The notes: generated by a model not told the origin, from the letters alone. Numbered from the stretch's first letter, positions 40,746 through 53,879 are shown. The stretch is DNA of 64,000 nucleotides from Octopus vulgaris (GCA_951406725.2 OX597835.1:22568001-22632000), one strand, 5' to 3'. Numbers and translations are program-made.

Positions 40746-41094
40746 TCTGTTGTGAACAATGGCCACACCACAATTTACCATGGGTCGATTCCTATGAGTT
40801 CTCTGATGGCTGACCAGGCCTGCATGACCACAAACCACACACGGACACACACACACACAAAGCAACACTCCCTCATTCTCCACTGGTTCATTCCTTGTAA
40901 GCCTTCTCCTAATCTTCTTATCCTTCATTCTCTCTCTCCCTCAAACCTTGGACAACCACTCTGCACTTGGTCTTATGTGGTTTCTGGTTCAGTCCTATTG
41001 CATGGTACTTTGGGTGAGTGTTGCCTAAGGCCTGGGGCCAACTAATGCCTTGTAGAGGAATCTGATAAATAAAAACTGCAAGAAGCTCACCATA

Positions 41095-41265
41095 GGCGCA
41101 GGAATGGCTGTGTGGTAAGTAGCTTGCTAACCAACCACATGGTTCCGGGTTCAGTCCCACTGCGTGGCATCTTGGGCAAGTGTCTTCTGCTATAGCCCCG
41201 GGCCGACGAATGCCTTGTGAGTGGATTTGGTAGATGGAAACTGAAAGAAGCCCATCGTATATATA

Positions 41266-41312
<47 letters not shown>

Positions 41313-41497
41313 TTGTGTGTCTGTGTTTGTCCCCCTAGCATTGCTTGACAACCAATGCTGGTGTGTTTACGTCCCCGTCACTTAGTGGTTTGGCAAAAGA
41401 GACCGATAGAATAAGTACTGGGCTTACAAAGAATAAGTCCCGGGGTTGATTTGCTCGACTAAAGGCCACAGTCAAATGACTGAAACAAGTAAAGAGT
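41095..41497 (+). mobile_element. SINE family A, full length
   Basis: Match to the family consensus. Confidence 0.85.
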
Positions 41498-41523
41498 ATG
41501 TGTGTGATATGAATGCATGACTG

Positions 41524-42305
41524 TACAAGGTGGTATCAAAAAGTTCCTGGACTAGTTCTATAGCATGCCAACAGATGGTAGCACATGGTTGCAAGCCCAG
41601 TGAGAGCTGGCAGTGACCTTCATGAGGCAGTGCGTTAAGTGACATTGCTGTGTTTACTTTGCAAGTTGTGAAATTGTGCTTTTCTGATCACATGTATGTT
41701 GTAGTCTGCGATTTTGTCATGGATGGGAACAAAGACCCGATGTGAAATTTTGTGTTGAACTTGGGAAGTCTGCTAGAGCGACATTGAGCATACTTCGGCA
41801 AGCTTACGGTGATGGGGCAATGGGTTGTATGCAATGTTCTAAGTGGCACAAAGCAGAAGAATGTCCCCGGAAGACGATGATCAAGCTGGAAGCCCTACCG
41901 TGAGCATCATCCTGCAGACATGTGGAGAAAATTCATCAGTTTGTGCGTGAGGATCGTCAGAGGATATTCAATGGCATTGTTGATGTTGTTGGTCTGTCAT
42001 ATGGATCCTTAACGCTTTCGTTACTGCATTTATTTTGAGATGCTCTGTGTTTCTTCCAATTATTTTAAATATAACAAAGAATTTAGTAAAATAACATCGT
42101 TATCATTGAGCTAGTGTTAGGAACATAAATTGTGACTAAGATTTGGTGGAAGATTTTAATTCAAAATTTATGAAAACAAGACATTTATACTAAAGAGCCA
42201 GAGCCGGTTTCAGCCGGGTTGGTAACGAAAGGGTTAAACATGTGGCATGTCTCTGCTAAGTTTGTCCCCTGCCTGCTGACCACTGAGCAGAAAGAACATC
42301 ATGTC
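41524..42305 (+). pseudogene. Mariner element 5' half (TIR plus HTH region), decayed
   Basis: TA|CAAGGTGGTATCAAAAAGTTCC; VKFCVELGKSARATLSILRQAYGDGAM..QC.KWH, EDD..GSP, VEKIHQFVREDR, VSAKFVP.LLTTEQKEH. Confidence 0.85.
42013..42233. mobile_element. piggyBac-like MITE inserted in the mariner relic
   Basis: TTAA|CGCTTTCGTTAC ... GTAACGAAAGGG|TTAA. Confidence 0.8.
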
Positions 42306-42427
42306 AGTCTGGCTTCTCACACGTACCCTACAATGTTATTCTAAAAAAGATAATCAGTTGCATCGACAAAATCTCAAAGTAACAAGATAATGAATGATTA
42401 ATTCAAAACAATGTGAATAAATAAATA

Positions 42428-42658
42428 TATATTTCTTTACTGCCCACAAGGGGCTAAACATAGAGGGGACAAACAAGGACAGACAAAGGGATTAAGTTGA
42501 TTACATCAACCCCAGTGTGTAACTGGTACTTAATTTATCAACCCCGAAAGGATGAAAGGCAAAGTCGACCTCGGCGGAATTTGAACTCAGAACGTAACGA
42601 CAGACGAAATACCGCTAAGCATTTCGCCCAGCACGCTAATGCTTCTGCCAGTTCGCCA
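42428..42658 (-). mobile_element. SINE family B with ~16-bp TSD
   Basis: Flanked by TGAATAAATAAATATA on both sides. Confidence 0.85.
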
Positions 42659-43382
42659 TGAATAAATAAATATAAGTGTCCGTGTGGTGCCATGTAGCAG
42701 CACCCAGCACACTCTGTAAAGTGGTTGCCATTAGGAAGGGCATCCAACTGTAGAAACCATGCCAAATCTGACTGAAGTCTGGTGCACCTTGGCTTGTCAG
42801 CTTTGGTCACACAGTCCACCCCATGCTAGCATGGACAACAGACATTAAATGGTGATGACGATACACTTGACTGAATAATCTAATGGCTAAAGGATTAACA
42901 CAGGAAGTTTGTACCAGAGAAGCAGAGATGGTATTGGGCAGGTTGGATCGATGGGTTAAGATTTGATTAGAGTGAGATTTGGTTACTATTTCTAGCATGT
43001 CAAGCGATCACAATGAGACCTCTCTCATAGCTTGTCTATTATTAAATACGCCAGCATAGTGTTATGTTCTCGACAAATACACTGTGTAAGCTCTTATTTC
43101 AATTTCCTGATTGACACACAATATTGGGGAAAGATAGTGCGTTTTCCTCCTAGATTTATAGAACTTGTCTAATATATCTGATGGTGCCATCCATTATTGC
43201 TTGTTGTATTAAGAATGTTATTAGCCATTTATTTCTGCTGGTGACGATGAAGACGACATGTTGTGTGTGGTAACGATCTACCTATATCTGATTGACTTTC
43301 TTGGAAATTTAATGAAAAATAACATTGGATGTCGTTTCTTTTCCACACATCTCCCTCTCTTTACACACACACACACACACGC

Positions 43383-43421
<39 letters not shown>

Positions 43422-43515
43422 TAGATAGATATACATATACATACACTTGCATATATAGAAATATATTTGTATAAATAATACAAACACACACACATATTTA
43501 CTTACACACGCACAT

Positions 43516-43546
<31 letters not shown>

Positions 43547-43847
43547 CTTACACACACACACATACACAAAGTACATTTATATATAACACACGCATATATA
43601 AAATACATCTGTATGTATGATACATACACACATATAAATAAACTGTCAGTATATATGCACACACATACACACACACACACGAGAGGGTGGGTGATTGAAA
43701 GAGGCCATCAATGCATACATGTCACTATACAAAATGTTTATGTATGTAGATCTGTATTTGTGTGCTTGTGTGTGTGTATGTGTGTGTGTGTCTCGGTCTG
43801 TTTATGTTTACTTATAGACACCACTCACAGACACACGCATTCCCTAC

Positions 43848-43891
<44 letters not shown>

Positions 43892-44259
43892 GTTTGTGCC
43901 TAATACATAACAGGAAGATTTAATATCTTTGAGATAAATAGATATTGAGCAATTTTTATTTTATAATTTCATACACAAACACAGACCTAGAGATTGTGTG
44001 CACATATCTGTGTGTGTGTGTCTGTGTCTGTGTGTGTCTGTGTGTGTGTGTTTTGCAGGAATATTGTTTTTTGAAAAACTCAATACCAAAATCTATTATT
44101 AACAGGACACATAGTTATGTCTTTGATATATTTATTAAAATTTTAACGGAAATATAATTTACATATTGAGGTGTAATGCCATTGTATTTGTCTTATAGTT
44201 TATTGTGTATGCAATTGTATTCTGCGTGTCTGCATGCTATTATGTATCGTCTGGTAATT

Positions 44260-44790
44260 TATATATATGTGTGTGTGTATGCATGTGTATGTGTGCATAT
44301 ACATGTTTGTATATATGTGTGTGTTTGTGCATATATGTGCATGTATGTGTGTATATGCATGTATATACTTGTGTATGTATGTATATACTTGTGTATGTGT
44401 GCATATACATGTTTGTATATATGTGTGTGTTTGTGCATATGTATGTGTGTACATGTATGTGTGTATATGCATGTATATACTTGTGTATGTATGTATATAC
44501 TTGTGCGTATGTATGTATATACTTGTGTGTATGTATGTATATACTTGTGTATGTATGTGTGTATATACTTGTGTGTGTATGTATGTATATACTTGTGTGT
44601 GTATGTATGTATATACTTGTGTGTGTGTATGTATGTATATATTTGTGTGTGTATGTATGTGTGTATGTATATACGTGTGTGTGTATGTATATATGTGTGT
44701 GTATATACTTGTGTGCGTGTGTGTGTATATACTTGCGTATGTATATACTTGTCTGTGTGTGTGTGTGTGTGTGTATGTATGTGTGTGTAC
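44260..44790. repeat. Compound (TG)/(TA)/(GTAT) microsatellite
   Basis: Directly visible. Confidence 0.95.
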
Positions 44791-45050
44791 ATATGGTATT
44801 CTATGCATGTAGCTATGTATATATGTAATGGTATTGTAAGTATGTATGGTATGAATATTTTTTGTTCAGGTATGTTTACATATAAGTCTATGCATGTATT
44901 TACGTGTGTGTGTGTGTGTGTGTGTACATATGTATGTAAAATGTTGCAGATCTCATGTCATCAAAGAAGGAGAAAAATTTCTTCCTTTTTTTTAAAAAAT
45001 ATATTCAGGATGTCAGTTCTAATATACTGTTTCCCCCGTGCCGTTCCCAG

Positions 45051-45093
45051 ATCATCTTTTATGGAGGAGATGATGACATTTGACCATGATTAG
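45051..45093 (+). CDS. Weak candidate alternative terminal coding exon (SSFMEEMMTFDHD*)
   Basis: CTAAT branch-like site, pyrimidine tract TTTCCCCCGTGCCGTTCCCAG acceptor; non-repetitive; same entry phase as 48448. Confidence 0.25.
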
Positions 45094-45189
45094 CCCTGTT
45101 TTATTATTTGGAGACAGGGACAGTTGTATATGGTTGGCTGTGTTTTAATGTGTGACGTAGACGGTTGACTCTGGTCAATGCTTAATGTG

Positions 45190-45480
45190 TGGAGAGCTCG
45201 GTGGCATGGTGCGTTGTCATCGTGAAGAATCCAGTTCTTTGTGCTCTACAGATCTGGTCGCTTTCGCTGAATGTCCTCCGTCAAACACTTCAAAATGTCA
45301 CAGTAGAACTCTCAATTGATGGTCTGACCCTCGGGGGACAAATTCTCGATGTACAATGTTTAATGTCAGCAAAAACTTCAGTACAGAAGTTCTTGGAGAG
45401 AATGAATTGTGAACACTTAGAGCAATCATGGACAAACTTTTCTACAAACATGGGATTTTCTGAATGGCACACCTCTGCCT
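45190..45480 (-). pseudogene. Mariner transposase catalytic-domain relic
   Basis: Minus frame PEGQTIN*EFYCDILKCLTEDIQRKRPDL*STKNWILHDDNAPCHRAL, with stops. Confidence 0.85.
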
Positions 45481-45953
45481 GGTGATGTACTGTGTCGCAT
45501 GTGGCCTGCTTCTTGAAAAAAAGTTGCCCTTTCCTCAGCTAGAGCATTGGTTCCAATTTGGTGAGTGTTTTGTTTTTGGAGGTTTTTCTTCCACAGCACT
45601 TAACCGAAAAGGTTCCTTGCCCTAAACCAGCTTCATATCCTGGAGTAAACTTAACCACCACATCCTACAGCAGGAGTTCTCAACCATTTTTTTATTCTTA
45701 GACTCTTTTGATTACTATTCTCTTCTGTTGGATCCCCATATCTGTTCAATGTTTAAAAACTAGTTTTATAAATGCTTCTTTTGAAATTTCTGTTTCGTTT
45801 TTCACCAGTGCTGCATATACACACCTGTGATGGTAACATGTAAAAAGCACCCAGCGCACTCTAAGTGGTTGGCATTAGGAAGGGCATCCAGCCATAGAAA
45901 CCACAATAATGTCCAATTGTCCAACCCAGTCCAGCATGGAGACTGGATGTTAG

Positions 45954-46172
45954 CCCTTTAGTGTTCAGATTATTCAATCAAACATAATACTTATTGATTC
46001 CCATTGATTTGAATTAATCATGCCTTATCTCATATCTTCAAGATCTTGATGTTGCAATTACTTAATGTAGAATAACATTGTAGGGTAGGTGTGAGAGCCT
46101 GGATCTGGTCAGTTTGAACATAAAACAGATTAAATATTTTGGCCGGATATGGCCGGTTTAAATACTAAAGGG
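45954..46172 (+). mobile_element. piggyBac-like MITE
   Basis: CCCTTTAG...CTAAAGGG|TTAA; related copies at 1, 10466, 12091, 37467 and 46686. Confidence 0.8.
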
Positions 46173-46210
46173 TTAAACAATGATGATATGTGTAGGTTGA
46201 ACTATGTTAA

Positions 46211-46608
46211 CCCCTTACCCGACAGAAACGAATATATGCGTTTTGACCGAAATCGTTTTTTTCTATCTCTGGCGAGTTAACTCGTCAAAAGATAGACTCG
46301 CCAAAATCGACAGCAAACGAGTTCCTTTGTCTATTATAAATCTTTTTTGACATATACGAGTATATTCGCTCACTTTATACGTCTGGCAGTGACGATTTCT
46401 GCCACCTTTCGCTTGAGTAAGGCATTGAAGACCGAGTATGATTTAGTCACCTGGAGACAGTCGAAGGGTTGGAAGGCACATTTTATGAATAATAAATAAG
46501 GTTTGAAAAATACCTCGAAATCACCATTCAAAACATAGTAAAATAAAACAATAAAAAATATGTCTGAAAAAATACATTTATTTTCAAAATAATTGTTGGG
46601 TAAGGGGG
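46211..46608. mobile_element. piggyBac-like MITE (second family)
   Basis: TTAA|CCCCTTACCCGACA ... TGTTGGGTAAGGGGG|TTAA; interrupts a fragmented hAT MITE spanning ~45671-46950. Confidence 0.85.
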
Positions 46609-47139
46609 TTAAGCATTGGAGAAAGAAACACAGCTGTTTCTTGCAATGAATACATCCGAAGTCACATCTCTCCGTGGACCCATAACTCTTTAGCATTCAA
46701 ATTACTTTGTCAAATGTAACACTTATTTATTCATGTTGTTTTGAATTAATCATGCATTATCTTGTAGCTATGAGATTTTGCTGATGTGTCTATTATTTTT
46801 AGAATGACACTGTAGGGGGTAGTTGTGGGGGAGACCAGGTCTGTCTGGTTTGAACATAAAACAGGTGGGAATATTTGGGCTGGAAATGGCTGGTTTAAAT
46901 GCTAAAGGTTAAAATACTACTGTGGACCCCTAAAAGTCTTATATGGACTGTTCTGATGTACAGATGCAGGCATTGGCTTTGTGGTAAGAAAGAAGTTTGC
47001 TTCCCACCGCATGGTTTCAGGTTTGACCCCCACCCCCTGCACAACACCGAGGGCAAGTGTCTTCCATTATAGCCTTCAGCTGACCAAATCCTTGTGAGTG
47101 GATTTGGTAAATGGAAACCAAAAAAGCCTGTCATATATA

Positions 47140-47357
47140 CAAGAGGTTACTGAAGAGTCCCTGGCTTGAAGGGTGTCGTGAAAAGCCTGGTTGGAGGCCT
47201 AACCTTCTGAGTTCTTTTACAGGGCTTAGAAAAACTGAAGGGCCACTGCAATAAGTGTGTGAATCTGAGAGGGGAATATGTTAAATAAAATCATAATTAA
47301 TTGATCCTCCTGTATTTTCTTTTACCTAAAGCCAGGAACTTTTCGGTCCCCACCTTG
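47140..47357. mobile_element. Mariner-derived MITE
   Basis: Inverted termini around ..GAAGAGTCCCTGGCTT / AAGCCAGGAACTTTTC..; opposite-orientation copy at 55190-55400. Confidence 0.65.
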
Positions 47358-47618
47358 TGCATGGGTGTGTGTGTGTGTGTGTGTGTGTGTTTTTCCTTCC
47401 CACCACTTGACAACTAATGTTGGTGTGTTTTAAGTCCCTGTAATGTAGCAGTTCAGCAAAAGCTACTGATAGAATGAGTGCCTAGCTTAAAAGCAAAACA
47501 AATAAGTCCTTCAGTTTTCCTAAGCCCTGTAAAAGAACTCAGAAGGTTAGGCCTCCAACCAGGCTTTTGATGATGATGATTGTGATGTGTCTACTAGCTT
47601 TCCTTATATGTCTAATAC

Positions 47619-47842
47619 CTATTTCTTTATTACCCACAAGGGGCTAAACATAGAGGGGACAGACATAGGTATTAAGTCGATTACATCGACCCCAGTGCAT
47701 AAATGGTACTTAATTTATCGACCCCGAAAGGATGAAAGGCAAAGTCGACCTGGGTGGAATTTGAACTCACAACGTAATGACAGACGAAATACGGCTACGC
47801 ATTTCGCCTGGCATGCTAACGTTTCTGCCAGCTCGCCGCCTT
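47619..47842 (-). mobile_element. SINE family B with 11-bp TSD
   Basis: Flanked by TGTCTAATACC. Confidence 0.8.
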
Positions 47843-48447
47843 TGTCTAATACCGCCCCATCCCACAAGCAATCATGGTTTCAGTATCCTACAGTTTGTCT
47901 CCAACACATACCTGTCAAGAGTTCTTCAAGGTAAACGAGTACTTACACTTGTTGGTCATCTCTAAGCTTCACTCTCTGTGAGTGGTCAGTTCATTTACTC
48001 ATTAGCATTTGATTCCTTTAGCATTGATCCCACTGTCAAATGGAATCACTAGTGTAGCTGGGAGGTGGGTCAGTTTGCACTGGGCATCACTTTCGGGTCT
48101 ACTGTAGGCAATGTGGTTTTTTGTGGGGTCCAGGGGTGGCAAACAGAAGGGCCACCCCAAGCAGCACACACTCTAGCTACACCAATGAATGTAATGATTA
48201 TTTATTCACATTCATAAAAATTAGTCATGCATGACTAATTTTTATGAATGAATAAATAAGCATTACATTCGGTGGTATTGATGATGTTGATGATTGTGAT
48301 GTGTCTACTAGCTTGTTTGATGTGTCTACTAGCTTTCCTTATATGTCTAATGCGTAATGCCATTTAAGTGTTTTTCTTCCAGTTGTCATGCATCTTTCTT
48401 GTATTCCTTAAAGCTAATCCATTTTTCTTTCTGTCTTTCTTTTATAG

Positions 48448-48479
48448 ACAAGCAGAAGCTTTGAAGGCAACTGTGGCTG
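48448..48479 (+). CDS. Candidate 32-nt internal coding micro-exon of an unidentified host gene (QAEALKATVA)
   Basis: Branch GCTAAT, long pyrimidine tract TTTTTCTTTCTGTCTTTCTTTTATAG acceptor, donor CTG|GTATGT; open, non-repetitive frame. Confidence 0.55.
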
Positions 48480-48995
48480 GTATGTAACAAATTCTTTAAT
48501 TATCAACATTATGAAGGTGGCGAGCTTGCAGAATCGTTAGCATGCTGGGCGAAATACTTAGAGGCATTTCATCCATATTTATATTCTGTGTTCAAATTCT
48601 GCCATGGTCAACTTTGCCTTTCATCCTTTTCAGGGTCGATAAAATAAGTACCAGTTGAGTACTGGGGGGGTCGATGTAATCAACAAGCCCCCTCCTCCGA
48701 AATTGCTGGCCTTGTGTCAAATTTTGAAACCATTATTATTATTATTATCATTATTAGTATTAAGGTGGTGAGATGGCAGAATTGTTGTTAGCACATGGGA
48801 CAAAATGCTCAGAGACATTTTTTCCAGCTATTTACATTCTGAGTTCAAATTCCACTGTGGTTGCTTGGCTTTTCATCCTTTCAGGGTTGATTAAATAAGT
48901 ACCAGTGAAATACTGGGGTTGATGTAATCAACTAGCCTCCATCTCCCAAAATTGCAGGCCCTGTGCCTATAGTAGAAAGGATTATTATTATTATT

Positions 48996-49535
48996 GAGTG
49001 AGAGAGCAGTGCATGCCATCAAAGTGACACTGGGGTAAAATATACAAAGCCCAGTATACCCATCATGACTACCCGTCTGATAAGGGTACACTAGGCACAT
49101 GCATCACAACCGTATGTGCGCGACATGGTGATCTCATATCAAGATAAACAGCACATGACCTTGCAGGTGGGGACCAGTTAGAATTTTCTTCAGGTCGAGT
49201 AACCCATCCCACTCGAAAGGTCCCTGAATACGGGTTGTTTAAGGATGTTGAATGAAACACCCATGTTTCCAGAGGTGAATTATTCAAACCCCAAAGAATC
49301 CCTCTCAACACATGGCTATGATGCTCCCCCACTACTTCTGCTCGTGATCAGAGATGCACATATCGTCAGTCACTAAGGGACATGCTCAACTGGTTAAGGT
49401 CAAACAACTGACTAGCAAATCTGTGGTATTGAGCAGAATATTTGCTGTAGCCCATCTTTTATACCAAGACAAAACAATGTACATGATAACACTTCCAATC
49501 AGTTAATATCAGAAGCCACTGCCTGGTACTGCATC
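48996..49535 (-). mobile_element. ~540-bp unclassified insertion in an (ATT)n tract
   Basis: Complex sequence sharply bounded by (ATT)n on both sides; no intact ORF. Confidence 0.55.
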
Positions 49536-49842
49536 TATTATTATTATTATTATTATTGTGGTGAGCCGGCAGAATTGTTAGCAATCTGGACAAAGTGTTT
49601 AGTGGTATTTTGCCCATCGCTACGTTCTGGGTTCAACCCTCATCAGAAAGATGAAAAGTCAATCTTGGCAGAATTTGAGCTCAGAATGTAAAGGTTTATT
49701 AAGCATTTTTCTTTTACTTGTTTCACTCATTTGACTGTGGCCATGCTGGAGCACCACCTTTAGTCGAACAAATCAACCCTAGGACTTATTCTTTGTAAGC
49801 CTAGTACTTATTCTATCGATCTCTTTTGCTGAACCACTAAGT

Positions 49843-50218
49843 AGTAGGAAGCACTCCGTCAGTTACGACGATGAGGGTTCCGGTTGATCCGAATCAACGG
49901 AACAGCCTGCTCATGAATTAACGTGTAAGTGGCTGAGCACTCCACAGACACGTGCACCCTTAACGTAGTTCTCAGGGATATTCAGCGTGACAAGGCCGGC
50001 CCCTTGAAATACAGGTACAACAGAAACAGGAAGTAAGAGTGAGAGAAAGTTGTGGTGAAAGAGTACAGCAGGGATCACCACCATCCCCTGCCGGAACCTC
50101 GTGGAGCTTTTAGGTGTTTTCGCTCAATAAACACTCACAACGCCCGGTCTGGGAATCGAAGCCGCGATCCTATGACCGCAAGTCCGCTGCCCTAACCACT
50201 GGGCCATTGCACCTCCAC
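49843..50218 (-). mobile_element. SINE family D nested in a SINE A copy
   Basis: 13-bp TSD TGAACCACTAAGT (49830-49842 and 50219-50231). Confidence 0.88.
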
Positions 50219-51609
50219 TGAACCACTAAGTTACAGGGATGTAAACACACCAACATCGGTTGTCAAGTGGTTGACCCAATATATTACATACACAACAGGC
50301 TCAAAGTTTCTACCAAATTAACTCCAAGATTTATTTGTTTGACAACTGAATGAATTTAATAAAAGCATCTAAATATGAAACATCGTGAAAATTGTTCAAA
50401 CTGAAGTCCTTCTTGAGCGACACATTTTTCCATTTGAGTCAATACAGAATTACATACAGATAGTATTTATAGAATTTTGATTTACTGTTGGGTGACTTTC
50501 GGCCAACCCTGTAAAATATATCTTTTTTTTGTTTTGTTGTTAAAGACAGTATTATGTAATTTGAGGAAGATTTCACTGTTGTTTCTAGCAGATCAATCAA
50601 CTTTGTGAAGGCTCATTACTATAGTTTTTTCCAGTTGATTATAAAAGAATTATTTGTGGCTTTGTTCTAGCAGAAAATATTTTTTGATTATTATCTTTGG
50701 CAAGATGTCTGTGGAACCATCAAGGTTTCCTCTCTGAAAGACATCTAAGGTGGCCAGTAAGAGAACACCAGAGAGAGAGAAAATGATCTAATTTTTTTTA
50801 ATTCCATATTTTTTCCTTTTTTTTTTTTCTGTTTTTATTTAATTTTTTTTTTATCATTAATTGCGATAACTGTATTTGATTTGTATGGAAATTCTATAAT
50901 TGGCCAAGATTCTTGTAGTGGTTTTTATAGTTGTTCAGTTAATATTGTTTTCTCTCTATCATCTCTTAGATTAAACTCAATATGTCTCTTTGAGTATCTT
51001 TTGCAAATTGAACAAGTGTTGTTAGCTGTATGGGGGTAGTTGGGGGGTGGAATTGGAAGAAAAAGGAAGATCAAAAAAAAGGGGGGAAATAAGAAAGGAA
51101 AATAAAATCTATGGCTATTATATTTCTTTGTTGCTGCTTGTGTTAAATGGAACAATTATTAGAGCACGTGTGTGTGTGTTTGTGTATGTGTGTGTATTTG
51201 TGCACGTGTGTGTATGTTTTCTTAGTAATTCAAAGTAGTCCCAATGGGTACGACATGGCTTTTATTACCAGAATTTACAATAATTCATTAAATGGATTCT
51301 AATAATATTGGATTAGGGACCATACAGACATATAGCTACACACAATCCTCTACTCCACTTATCAGAAGCCTTAATTCGAGTAATGACTAAGTACTCTTGA
51401 AGTAGTTTCTACAGATCAAGCTTTTGAAATCTTGATCTGTTGATAATAGGCGTAAGTATGGCTGTGTGGTAAGAAGTTTGCTTCCAAACCACATGGTTTT
51501 GGGCTCAATCCTGCTGTATGGTATCTTGATCAAGTGTCATCTACTATAGCCCCAGGCTGACCAAAGCTTGCGAGTAGATTTGATTGACAGAAACTGAAAG
51601 AAGTTTGTT

Positions 51610-51850
51610 GCGGACAGTTGCGTTAACGAATGCCGAGCTGTAATTGTGGAGGGCACCTGTGGAAGGGGTAGACCCAGGAAGATGTGGGACGAAGTGGTGA
51701 GAAAGGATCTTCGGATGTTGGGCCTCACCGAGGAAAGGACCGGGAGATATGGTGATTTGCTGTACTTGATAAGACGCACCAAGCTAAGTAAAATTTCTGT
51801 CTTCCATACATACCAGCTTGTCCTTTCTGGTGCCGGTGCCACTTAAAAAG
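51610..51850 (+). mobile_element. RTE-type LINE 3' fragment
   Basis: VEGTCGRGRPRKMWDEVVRKDLRMLGLTEE. Confidence 0.8.
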
Positions 51851-52124
51851 CAGCTGTGCCAATGCTATGTAGACACACCCATCCTGGTGGCATACTGTCT
51901 CCTTGTCTTCTCATTGTGAGAGTTGTAAATGAGTGTCACGGTCATACAAGCGGTATCATTCTTTGTCAATAATCTGTGGAAACATATCTGACCATGGAAA
52001 ACTATTACCTTGCTTTGAAGCAGGTGAGGGTTAGTGACAGGAAGTACATCCAGTCATTAAAAAAAAAAAAATCTGCTTCAAAAAACTCAGTTGAACCCAT
52101 GTATGATCTGGTCTGATTCTACCC

Positions 52125-52445
52125 CAGTGGTTCTTAACTGGGGGATCCATGTGGCCCCTGAGAGTCCATACAAGATTTTGTGGGGTCCACAATAGTATTT
52201 TAAGAGTCCATGAAAAAATTTAGCTTTAGATGTATGTATTGGTATGTACTGCAATAAAATAGGTTTCTTTCTCTAACATTTTACGTTGTTCAACCTACAA
52301 AAGTTAATGTGTGAAAAACGAAATAGGAATTTTGAAAGCAGTTCCTACAAAACTAGTTTTTAAACATCGAATGACTATGGGAGTCCACCAGAATGAAATA
52401 GTTATCAAAGGGATCCATAGATAAAAAAATTGTTGAGAACCCGTG
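52125..52445 (+). mobile_element. hAT (Charlie-like) MITE, same family as 13404-13725
   Basis: CAGTGGTTCTTAAC...GTTGAGAACCCGTG; TSD TTCTACCC/TTCTACAC. Confidence 0.85.
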
Positions 52446-52635
52446 TTCTACACGATTCCCTTGATGATTACTAGGAAGAGGATGGTCAGGATTATACAAT
52501 TTTGATCCACACTAGATTCCACTGAAAACCATTCAGAATCGTAACAAATGATAAACAAAACTATTAAAATTTTGGTGACCTCACAAGATGTGTAAGTAAT
52601 TTGGCTGACACTACCGTTTTCTGTTCTTCCTTCAG

Positions 52636-52646
52636 CTGAGAGCTAG
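52636..52646 (+). CDS. Candidate terminal exon coding part (AES*), in phase with 48448-48479
   Basis: Branch GGCTGAC, tract CCGTTTTCTGTTCTTCCTTCAG; joining gives G|CT GAG AGC TAG. Confidence 0.35.
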
Positions 52647-52864
52647 AAAATACTTCAGTCCAGAACAGTTACTGCTGCGCTGACCCATAACAAAGCTGAA
52701 ATGTGGTCAACATTGGAGTATTGCTCACACAATTAGGACTGTGCTATTACCCCTTCCCTATCCTTAGATGGCATCTAAAAGACGGTCATTTGACTGTCAA
52801 AGAATCAGAACACTGACTATCTAGAAATAGCAGCCAAATCTTCCATAGCTGTTGTCTTTCCTGT

Positions 52865-53210
52865 ATAGTGACCCCCTTCGGTCAGACACTGACCATGGGT
52901 TTGCACCTAGAGAGTTACCCTCTGAGGCACAAGTCTGGGCAAGGTTGTTTTTTTTATGGAAGACCAGCAGTCGCCCATGCATACCGGCCTCCCCTCTCCA
53001 CGTCACCGATGTTGTCCAAGGGAAAGGCAAGGGCCGATACAGCTTGGCACCTGTGACGTCGCAACTCATTTCTACAGCTGAGTGAACTGGAGCAACGTGA
53101 AATAAAGTGTCTTGCTCAAGAACACAACACGCAGCCCGGTCTGGGATTCGAGCTCACAACCTCACGATCGTAAGCTCAATGCTCTAACCACTGAGCCACG
53201 CGCCTTACAC
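52865..53210 (-). mobile_element. tRNA-derived CORE-like SINE
   Basis: Minus head GGCGCGTGGCTCAGTGGTTAGAGC...GAGCTCGAATCCC, then GTGTTCTTGAGCAAGACACTTTATTTCAC. Confidence 0.8.
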
Positions 53211-53879
53211 AGGACATATTTCTCTGGAATCCTATGCTTCATATATGATACACATTCTCCAATCTTTTTATCGACGACAAGAGAGTAATTTGTGACTTAT
53301 GAAAGGAAAGCTTTATAATACTCAGAACGTATGAATCAAGGATTAATTAAGTCTGGAAGCAAGCACGGATGTTTAGGACAAGCTTATTGGAAAATGCTTT
53401 CGGCAGGCAAAGGGATTAGTCGCGTCCTACCATCTTAGGAAAAAGTATGTTGGATAATGTGGTCTTTCGTTCCTTGTACACAGGAAATGACACACTGGTC
53501 ATGGTTGGAGTGTCTTTGAACATAGGCCTGCTCTATCAGAGCTTATCTGAGACTAAACAGCAACAACTGATGAATGCAATATTAAATGCCCTTCCTGTTT
53601 TGGATATTTCACAAAGCAGCCGCTGGAGATTTGAAATCTCAGTTTTTAGTGTTATTTATAACCTCTGGTTACGCCTGATTGAGCAGGTTTATGATCTTAT
53701 CTTGTTTTCTTCAAGCTTAGAATAATCTATGTCACACTCCTTTATTCAATGTCTCTCCCCCATTTTTTTCCTTTTACAAAAACAGCTGTATGGTTAAGAA
53801 GCCTGCTTCCCAACCACATGGTTCTGCGTTCAGTCACACTGCGTGATACCTTGAGCAAGTGTCTTCCACTATAGCACTG

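Noticed and set aside
40578-40928. Host C2H2 zinc-finger gene
   Set aside because: Fingers are disrupted, there is no TGEKP linker, and the region adjoins a simple-repeat tail; more consistent with a LINE C-terminal relic.
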